From a virus: DNA of 64,000 bases. Shown one piece after another: positions 25,681-32,534 of the stretch. The notes under the pieces are model-generated. The model saw nothing but the letters and a program-made list of their open reading frames with translations, ran no database searches and was not told the origin of the DNA. Every line of letters starts with the position of its first letter. Position 1 is the stretch's first letter. The stretch spans positions 116,170 to 180,169 of the IMG/VR virus record IMGVR_UViG_3300045988_131275; one strand, given 5' to 3'. The position numbers and the translations under genes were made by a program.

Positions 25681-26039
25681 AGTATACTATAATAATATTT
25701 ATAATTGTCTATACAATTCAATCTGCCCGTCCCGTGATCCTGTCCAGAATCATGATAAAATTTTAGTTTCATCACACTAACTTTTGTTTATCTGGTATAC
25801 CGCCCCTTGTTTTTTGCCATGTTAAAAATGTCAAGAAATAACAAAACTTGACTTTTTTACACTTCCCTCAAAAGTGTGAAAGTTAGTTTTAGTCAACAAT
25901 AGCAAGGCTTTTCGGGATTTTATATCAGAGTACATTAATCCAATTTTATAATCATGTTTTACTATTGTATACCAATATGATGGGGATAGTTTACATTTAT
26001 AGAAATAACACAATACTGTCATATTCCCTGATGTGTTCA

Positions 26040-26930
26040 ACTCACACTGCTCGTCCAAAAATCAAAACTGGTAATCTATCCACACTCCACACTCACCTCA
26101 ACAAAAAATTCCTATCCTCATCCCACATTACAAATTGTATAAAATCTACACACAATTCTCCAAAATAATCAAAATGAGTTCGACACCGACTTCGACCGCA
26201 CCCTTACATATCAACGCAAAATAAATTTTCTGACAATTCTAAAACACCAATTTTCACCCAAAATTACCTGCCCTAAATCACAAAATCCCTTGCAAATCCT
26301 ATCTATTATCGAAGTCCTCTCGAAGTGATGCCAATGTGATCACAATTACAATTCCAGATATTTCACTCCATCTTAATCCTGTATTATCACAAATTTCCTT
26401 ATATTTCCTATCTAAAACGCAGCAATCACTTCCTATAATAAGCACATATCACCACCCCATTTTAACCAAAATAACCACCCAAAACACCTATCTCGAAGTC
26501 CATATTTTTACATCCTCAAAAACATCTATCTGAATTGTGTCAAACTTTCACACAATTCTAATTGATAAAATTCACTCAAAAAATACATCATAGCAATCTC
26601 TAAAATCAATTCTATACTCACTATTCTAATGTACAACTTAAAATAAACATTACAACTACCCTCACCTGAACAACTTAGCATCTGTACATTACAATTTTCA
26701 AATTAAATCTACATCATATAATCTACAACAAAATATCTCAAACAGAGAATCTTGTATAGGAAAATAAGAAGGGGGGGTACTTTTACATCTATAGAAAACC
26801 ACTACTCTCATATCCCATCTATCCCCAAATTTTCACCAGTAAAAAATAGATCCTATTTATTTCAAATGGAGAATCTATAACCAGAAACATATAAACCAAA
26901 TATGAGAGAAATATTAATCATCAAAATAAA
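26040..26930. other. ORF-free A+C-rich, G-depleted arm (plus strand)
   Basis: Direct reading: 26101-26160 has a single G and 26581-26640 has two. Rare G islands are TCGAAGT(C/G) x3 (26309, 26320, 26493) and a G7 run (26771-26777). Confidence 0.8.
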
Positions 26931-26951
26931 ATAAAAAAGGAGATTACTCAA

Positions 26952-27554
26952 ATGACATATTCAATTAACGATTTAATATCAACATTAATTTGTTCATCAT
27001 CCAATTATCCGATTATATCTTTTTCAGCATATTTAAGAAATAAGTATAACAATTTCGATTGTGATTACTGGGAAAGACATTTATATGAATCTGGATTATT
27101 GAATGATAAATATGAATACTTATCTGAGATATTTAACAATTATAAAATTGAGATATCATCGGCAGCATACAATCAGATTGAAATGATAACAAACAAATAT
27201 CTTACCGATAAGAAAATATACATACCAGGATTAACATCAAAACCATATTATTACTATCCATCAAGAGGAAATAGTAAATCAATCAGAGAGATATGTTATT
27301 TCATAAAGTCAATATCAGATTTAGAAAAAGAAAAGAATCAATTTTCATATAATCCGTATTTAGCAAAATATACAGCACAAAATTATAAAGCTGATATAGA
27401 GAATTTATACAAGAGAAGAATTTCTCAAAAGATACTTAACTCATATGAAACACAAAATAACTCTACAAAACAGAGAAGTAATAACAAAGAAGAAATGAGC
27501 TGCTTAAAAATTATTGCCGATAGAAACAATACAAATAAGAAATTTCACAAATAA
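26952..27554 (+). CDS. hypothetical protein
   Basis: ORF track. AAGGAG SD. First gene after the non-coding region. Confidence 0.6.
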   Translation: MTYSINDLISTLICSSSNYPIISFSAYLRNKYNNFDCDYWERHLYESGLLNDKYEYLSEIFNNYKIEISSAAYNQIEMITNKYLTDKKIYIPGLTSKPYYYYPSRGNSKSIREICYFIKSISDLEKEKNQFSYNPYLAKYTAQNYKADIENLYKRRISQKILNSYETQNNSTKQRSNNKEEMSCLKIIADRNNTNKKFHK

Positions 27555-27569
27555 AGGAGATTAACCATT

Positions 27570-28433
27570 ATGAGAAAATCAAAAGACAACAAAAATAATA
27601 CAACAACTACTATCACACCATCAGCATCTGATAAAACACCTATTGAGATTGCATTACAGATTGATTCAGATGGAATGACAACGGCAAGTAAATTATATTC
27701 ATTTTTAGAATTGAATCCAAGTAATTTTGCATCCTGGTGCAGAAGAAATATTACTAGAAATAAATTTGCTACTGAAAATGAAGATTATATAGTTTTCGTA
27801 GTGGAGAACGAAAACCCTAAATTAGGCGGTAGACCAAAAACAGATTACAAACTCACATCTGAATTTGCAAAGAAACTTTCAATGACAGGTAATACCGAGA
27901 AACATGAGCAAGCAAGAGATTATTTTATTGCTTGTGAGCAAGGATTAAAAATCGCTACTATTAAATTGCAAGCAAGAAATGATGATATTCAAGCTTTAGC
28001 GCAGAGTGTAAATAATCTTGTGCAAAAGATTGATAATAAATTTGATTCATTAGAATCAAGAGTATTTACATTAGAAAATACCGCTACTACTCTAAAATCA
28101 TTACCAAAGAAACGACGATTTACATACTGGTCATCAAAAATGTTTCCTAAATATCAAGCATTAGCAGAATATTTTGAAATTCAACTGAAAGATCTCTATA
28201 AGAATCTATATAGAGAATTTCAGAATATGTATCCTGATATTGAGCTAAACCAGATTGTAGATGATTATTGCTATGAGAATAAATTAGAAACTTGTTACAC
28301 CTTAGATGCAATAGAGCATGATAAAACCGTAAGAGTATTATTTGAGCAGTTGGTAGATACTCTTTTGGAGAAATATGATTTAGTACTTCATAAAGAGAAA
28401 CTTGTAGTGTCAACAATTTTTGACACAAAATAA
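27570..28433 (+). CDS. AntA/AntB-type phage antirepressor
   Basis: TASKLYSFLELNPSNFASWCRRNITRNKFATENEDY...GGRPKTDYKLTSEFAKKLSMTGNTEKHEQARDYFIACE follows the recalled AntA domain pattern (..GGr.k.dY.Lt.d.AK.l.M.......g.qaR.YFI.cE). Confidence 0.7.
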   Translation: MRKSKDNKNNTTTTITPSASDKTPIEIALQIDSDGMTTASKLYSFLELNPSNFASWCRRNITRNKFATENEDYIVFVVENENPKLGGRPKTDYKLTSEFAKKLSMTGNTEKHEQARDYFIACEQGLKIATIKLQARNDDIQALAQSVNNLVQKIDNKFDSLESRVFTLENTATTLKSLPKKRRFTYWSSKMFPKYQALAEYFEIQLKDLYKNLYREFQNMYPDIELNQIVDDYCYENKLETCYTLDAIEHDKTVRVLFEQLVDTLLEKYDLVLHKEKLVVSTIFDTK

Positions 28434-28496
28434 TTATCCTTTGTGAGAATAAATAAAAAATACACCAAAAATCAATTTGAAGGGAGAAACACATAA

Positions 28497-28703
28497 ATGT
28501 CCACTAAGAGCAAGAAAATCAAAAATAGCACTAAAGGTTATAAGAATTTAAGGAAAGATTTGGAAAAACAATCCACCGATACTATCTTAGAATGGAAAAT
28601 CTATTTCGATAATCTTAAATATAATGTCAAATGTGATACTGGTTACTTTGTAATGGCGATTAAAACATGTGATGAGATTCTAAAAGAAAGAAAAGAGAAA
28701 TAA
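28497..28703 (+). CDS. hypothetical protein
   Basis: ORF track, rightward array. Confidence 0.55.
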   Translation: MSTKSKKIKNSTKGYKNLRKDLEKQSTDTILEWKIYFDNLKYNVKCDTGYFVMAIKTCDEILKERKEK

Positions 28704-28708
28704 TACAT

Positions 28709-28918
28709 ATGAATGATTTAGAGAAGAAGAAATTAAACAAGATTTACAACTATGCTGATTTAATCCATTCGGAGAATCTACTAATACTATCAATTATTGG
28801 ATCTCTGTTAAGAGAGTCTGATAAACCAGAGATTGAAAAATGTATTAAGGCTTATATTCAGCAAAGAGAGAATATTCAAAAAGGAGTATACGAAGATGAT
28901 GTTGAGATTACACAATAA
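28709..28918 (+). CDS. hypothetical protein
   Basis: ORF track, rightward array. Confidence 0.55.
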   Translation: MNDLEKKKLNKIYNYADLIHSENLLILSIIGSLLRESDKPEIEKCIKAYIQQRENIQKGVYEDDVEITQ

Positions 28919-28932
28919 TTCTAGTTAAAATT

Positions 28933-28958
28933 TTTAGGTATAAATATATGTACCTAAA
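28933..28958. repeat. inverted repeat TTTAGGTA-N10-TACCTAAA
   Basis: 8-bp arms at 28933-28940 and 28951-28958. Member of the TTTAGGT..ACCTAAA family. Confidence 0.7.
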
Positions 28959-29131
28959 TAAAGATAATTTTAGAGAAGATAAAAATAAGATAGTTTTAAA
29001 GAAAAACAAAGACAAAATCAAACAAAATACACGAAGTGTAAATATTCTTCTCTTGTTATATATGAGTCTATATGGATATTGACTGCACAAACTGACTATA
29101 TATATGTACCCAAATGAAGAAAAAATATACT

Positions 29132-29157
29132 TTTAGGTACATATATATGTACCTAAA
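29132..29157. repeat. 26-bp perfect palindrome TTTAGGTACATATATATGTACCTAAA
   Basis: Checked base by base. Lies in the 455-bp non-coding stretch upstream of the initiator-like gene. A half-site-like ATATGTACCCAAA is at about 29100-29113. Confidence 0.9.
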
Positions 29158-29374
29158 CGGGGTTTTCTTTACAACTTTACTATGATAAAGAATTTGAGGT
29201 GATGATATTGATTGTATGAGAATTGATTTTTGGAGAATGTATAAATGTAATAAATAAAGTTTGTGACAAATTGCCATAAGCTTGAAGAATAATAAAAAGG
29301 AGTATAAATTTGAGAGAATTAAAAATTGATCCAGAATTGAGAGACTTATCATTAATTAGACGAGGTGAATAAAC

Positions 29375-30154
29375 TTGCCTAATTATGTAAAGATTCCAAA
29401 AGAAATAATTTATGATACATCTCTTACGGACAAACGAGTGATTATCTTTTCATATTTATGTGCAAGACGTTCACTTGATGATTCAGTGGCATTCTCAATT
29501 ACTGAGCTTTGCCACTGGTCAAAACTCAAACCAAACTATAGAGATGGAAAAATCAATCAAAAGTATTATAAAACATTACTTTTACTCTCCCACATGGATT
29601 ATTTTACTGAATATCCTGACTTTGAATCACTTATATCTGAGCATAAAAATTCCATAGAGTATTTGAAAGTAGAATTGAATATAGAGAAATTTGATATACC
29701 AGATAAATTTGCAATAATTTATTTTGATGAATTAGAAGCAATTTTGAATTATAAGGAAGAATTACAATACTCTGATATAGATTTATCTCGTATGTCATCA
29801 GCTTATATCTTATTGGTATTGTCTTATATCAGGCTAAATATGAATCGTTCAATTGACAAACCACTTTGCTGCTATCGTCAATATAAAACCATTTCTGATG
29901 AAATAGGAATATCTGAGAGATATGTAAGTCGTGCGGTAGAAATATTAGATGCATTAAACATTATTAAATATGTTCCGATGAAGAGAAGAAAATATACGAG
30001 TAATGGAAAAGAAAAATTTATTACTACATCAAAAGTATTTGCGGATTATAGACATTTCAAGAAATATGGAGATAATCACATTATTGATCAAAATTATGAC
30101 TATAAAGATGAAATATCGAAACAGGTGGAGCTTTTAGAGAATATACACATATAA
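29375..30154 (+). CDS. putative replication initiator / replisome-organiser-like winged-helix protein
   Basis: ORF track (TTG start after GAGGTG). C-terminal HTH-like ISDEIGISERYVSRAVEILDALNIIKY. Positioned after palindrome-rich non-coding DNA. Function is inferred. Confidence 0.45.
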   Translation: MPNYVKIPKEIIYDTSLTDKRVIIFSYLCARRSLDDSVAFSITELCHWSKLKPNYRDGKINQKYYKTLLLLSHMDYFTEYPDFESLISEHKNSIEYLKVELNIEKFDIPDKFAIIYFDELEAILNYKEELQYSDIDLSRMSSAYILLVLSYIRLNMNRSIDKPLCCYRQYKTISDEIGISERYVSRAVEILDALNIIKYVPMKRRKYTSNGKEKFITTSKVFADYRHFKKYGDNHIIDQNYDYKDEISKQVELLENIHI

Positions 30155-30224
30155 CTATTAACCAGTATCACAAAAATGAGGAGTGATGCAACTATGAATT
30201 TTAAATCAAAGGAGAACTTAAATT

Positions 30225-30479
30225 ATGACAGAAACAGAAACCAGAAGAAACCATGAATACAACTACAACAAATATTATACCATGCCAAGTAGAGAAGAAT
30301 TACATAGAGAGTATGGTGGAAATATTTGTGAATCAGATTTTAATATTGTGAGAGGTAAAAATCAGAGTCGTTCAATCAATGCTGATAAAATCGGATCTGC
30401 TTGGAGTTTTGATATTCGGTGCTTACAGAATATTGAGAAAAGAGATAGAAAGGTTGAAGAAAATAATGGAAACAATTAA
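30225..30479 (+). CDS. hypothetical protein
   Basis: ORF track, rightward array. Confidence 0.55.
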   Translation: MTETETRRNHEYNYNKYYTMPSREELHREYGGNICESDFNIVRGKNQSRSINADKIGSAWSFDIRCLQNIEKRDRKVEENNGNN

Positions 30480-30783
30480 AAATTTATCAGTGGGAATTGA
30501 AGAACAAGAAACACATATTAGTTATATGAGAGATGAATCTTATGCGAAAGTTTACACATCTGATTCTACTCAAATGACTAGGTTGGATAAACTTTGTAAA
30601 ACAAATCCTGATATGTATGAACTCATCGAAAATACAGGTCGTGGAAAAAGTTATTTAATTTCAGATAAAGGACTTATCTCATTTAGGGCAAAGAAACGAG
30701 AAATGACAGAAGAACAAAAACGTATTGCTGCGGATCGTATGAGAAAACTACATGACAGTGGATTAATGTCAAAAAATAAATAA
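30466..30783 (+). CDS. hypothetical protein
   Basis: ORF track 30379..30783. ATG at 30466 (METIKNLSV) overlaps the end of the upstream gene. Confidence 0.55.
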   Translation: METIKNLSVGIEEQETHISYMRDESYAKVYTSDSTQMTRLDKLCKTNPDMYELIENTGRGKSYLISDKGLISFRAKKREMTEEQKRIAADRMRKLHDSGLMSKNK

Positions 30784-30786
30784 TTT

Positions 30787-30800
30787 ACTACTCTTCTACT
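30787..30800 (+). repeat. ACTACTCTTCTACT copy of the dispersed intergenic motif
   Basis: Immediately after the stop of 30466..30783. No obvious partner arm. Confidence 0.35.
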
Positions 30801-30985
30801 TATCTGGTTATATCAACCAAAAAATTCCTAAATAAAACTATTTTAGAATATCGTTTCTACTCAGAAAACATTATATGTAGATTAACGTAGAAAATTTCAC
30901 AATAAAATTGGATAAGTTGTTAGGGTAAATAATTTAATTTTTAAAACATTATATACAGATTAGAATAGAAAGCAAGTTTAATATT

Positions 30986-31426
30986 ATGAGAAAAATGGAT
31001 TACAAATATTTCTCAAAAGCCAAGCAGATTGCACAGGTGTCTGATTTTCCAAAGGTACATATCGGATGTATTGCCGTTTATCAGAATCGAATTATTGGAA
31101 TTGGTTGTAATACAAATAAAACCCACCCAACTCAGAAGTATTATAACCGATACAGAATAGATGACAACGATTTTGATAATTCTGAATCACTTCTACCAAA
31201 ACTCCACGCAGAAATTAATTGCATAAATCAACTGAAACATTTGAACATTAATTTTTCAAAAGTGAAGTTGTACATATATCGTACTAGGAAAGATATTGTG
31301 TGCGGAATGGCTAGACCTTGTGCAAGCTGTATGCAAGCAATAAGAGATTTGGGGATTAGAGAAATATATTATACGACAAATGATGGTTATTCATATGAAA
31401 AATTAGAGAAAGGATGTGTTGCTTAA
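30986..31426 (+). CDS. dCMP / cytidine deaminase (zinc-dependent)
   Basis: HAEINCI and PCASCMQAI (HAE...PCxxC) motifs at the right spacing, with a ComEB-like length. Confidence 0.85.
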   Translation: MRKMDYKYFSKAKQIAQVSDFPKVHIGCIAVYQNRIIGIGCNTNKTHPTQKYYNRYRIDDNDFDNSESLLPKLHAEINCINQLKHLNINFSKVKLYIYRTRKDIVCGMARPCASCMQAIRDLGIREIYYTTNDGYSYEKLEKGCVA

Positions 31427-31651
31427 TGGTGTGAGCAGGTTGTCACATAAGCTATTGTCCATCAACGTGTCCTAACTATATTCCTGAGAATGTAACTCAC
31501 TACTGCTCTATTTGCGGTAATGGAATTTACAACGGAGAAGAATATATTAGGAACGATGACGACGATTATGCTCATTGGGAATGTATTGATTATAAGAAAG
31601 ACTTAGCTGAATGGCTAGGTTATGAGATTAGAATTATGGAGGAAGATTAAA

Positions 31652-32518
31652 ATGTTAACTGGGAAAATAGGAAACGAAATCATAAATTGTTATGATGGAA
31701 CACACTCAAAAGAACAGTTAAAAAAATGGACTAAGAAGAAAATTATTTTATGTCCTGTATGTAATAGACCATATGAATATTGTCATGGTAAAGTTAAAAC
31801 GCCATATTTTAGGCATATGGATAAAGAAAAATGTGAAGATAAATATTCTGAATCAGAAACAGAAGAACATATTCAAGGTAAACGAGATTTATATGAATGG
31901 ATCAAGAAACAAAACGGTGTTACAAATGCAATATTAGAAGGATGGATACCAGAAACAAAACAACGTCCTGATATTATATTTGAGTATAATAATAAACGAT
32001 ATGTAATTGAATATCAGTGCTCTCCTATTGCTTCTGAATATTTTGAAAGACATGAATTATATCAAGCAGTTGGGATATGTGATATTTGGATTTGTGGAAC
32101 TGAAAAGTATCTTGGATCAAATAAAAGAATAAATACATTAGAAAAAATGTCACATATTTATTATGATTTTAAAAATAAATTTTTATACGTTATTGATGAT
32201 ATTTCTGAGACGACATTTAAGGAAATAGGAAAACTTAATTCATGGAGAGGATATTTAAAAACTAAATATAAACAACAAAAATATTTTAAAAGGACGTTTC
32301 ATGTAATGATGAATATATTTGATTATACTGTTGGATATAAAAATTATATTAAAATCAAAAACATTTCAAATAGTTATTATTGTTGCGGATCTCATTATCC
32401 ATCTCCAACAGGTAGACCTTCGAATAAATATCCGTATCCAGTAAGAGATTATGCATATTTAAGGAATTACTCTTATGCAACTTGTTATAAATTATCCAAT
32501 ATTAAATTAAAAATGTAA
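31652..32518 (+). CDS. CoiA-like competence-family nuclease
   Basis: ORF track 31622..32518. ATG at 31652 follows GGAGGAAG. CPVCNRPY...YFRHM...SETEEHIQGKRDLYEWI...QRPDIIFEYNNKRYVIEYQCSPI matches the recalled CoiA pattern (CP.C...HF.H...ES..H...K..l....rpDv....aiEiQ.S.i). Confidence 0.6.
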   Translation: MLTGKIGNEIINCYDGTHSKEQLKKWTKKKIILCPVCNRPYEYCHGKVKTPYFRHMDKEKCEDKYSESETEEHIQGKRDLYEWIKKQNGVTNAILEGWIPETKQRPDIIFEYNNKRYVIEYQCSPIASEYFERHELYQAVGICDIWICGTEKYLGSNKRINTLEKMSHIYYDFKNKFLYVIDDISETTFKEIGKLNSWRGYLKTKYKQQKYFKRTFHVMMNIFDYTVGYKNYIKIKNISNSYYCCGSHYPSPTGRPSNKYPYPVRDYAYLRNYSYATCYKLSNIKLKM

Positions 32519-32534
32519 TTGGAGGTATCATAAT

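Noticed and set aside
24640-26533. Track ORFs inside the non-coding region (24640..24825, 25831..26058, 25965..26168, 26336..26533)
   Set aside because: They have no SD sequences. Their low-complexity translations are dictated by the extreme G+T or A+C composition, in which stop codons are rare by chance. They also overlap each other.
24430-26930. Large sequence-level inverted repeat between the GT-rich and AC-rich arms
   Set aside because: Reverse-complementing the left arm gives the same composition and similar short words (CACAC, ACAAAAT). I could find no extended alignment to the right arm. The symmetry is compositional, not a true inverted duplication.
28908-29352. Reverse-strand track ORFs 28908..29090 and 29068..29352
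   Set aside because: They lie in the palindrome-rich non-coding region, have low-complexity Leu-, Phe- and Ser-rich translations, lack an RBS, and are opposite to the local gene orientation.
28919-29374. Repeated AGGTA..TACCT elements that might be a small CRISPR array
   Set aside because: There are only two or three copies. They are themselves long palindromes of different lengths, with irregular spacing and no repeat-spacer periodicity. No cas genes are present. They are better explained as protein-binding or origin palindromes.
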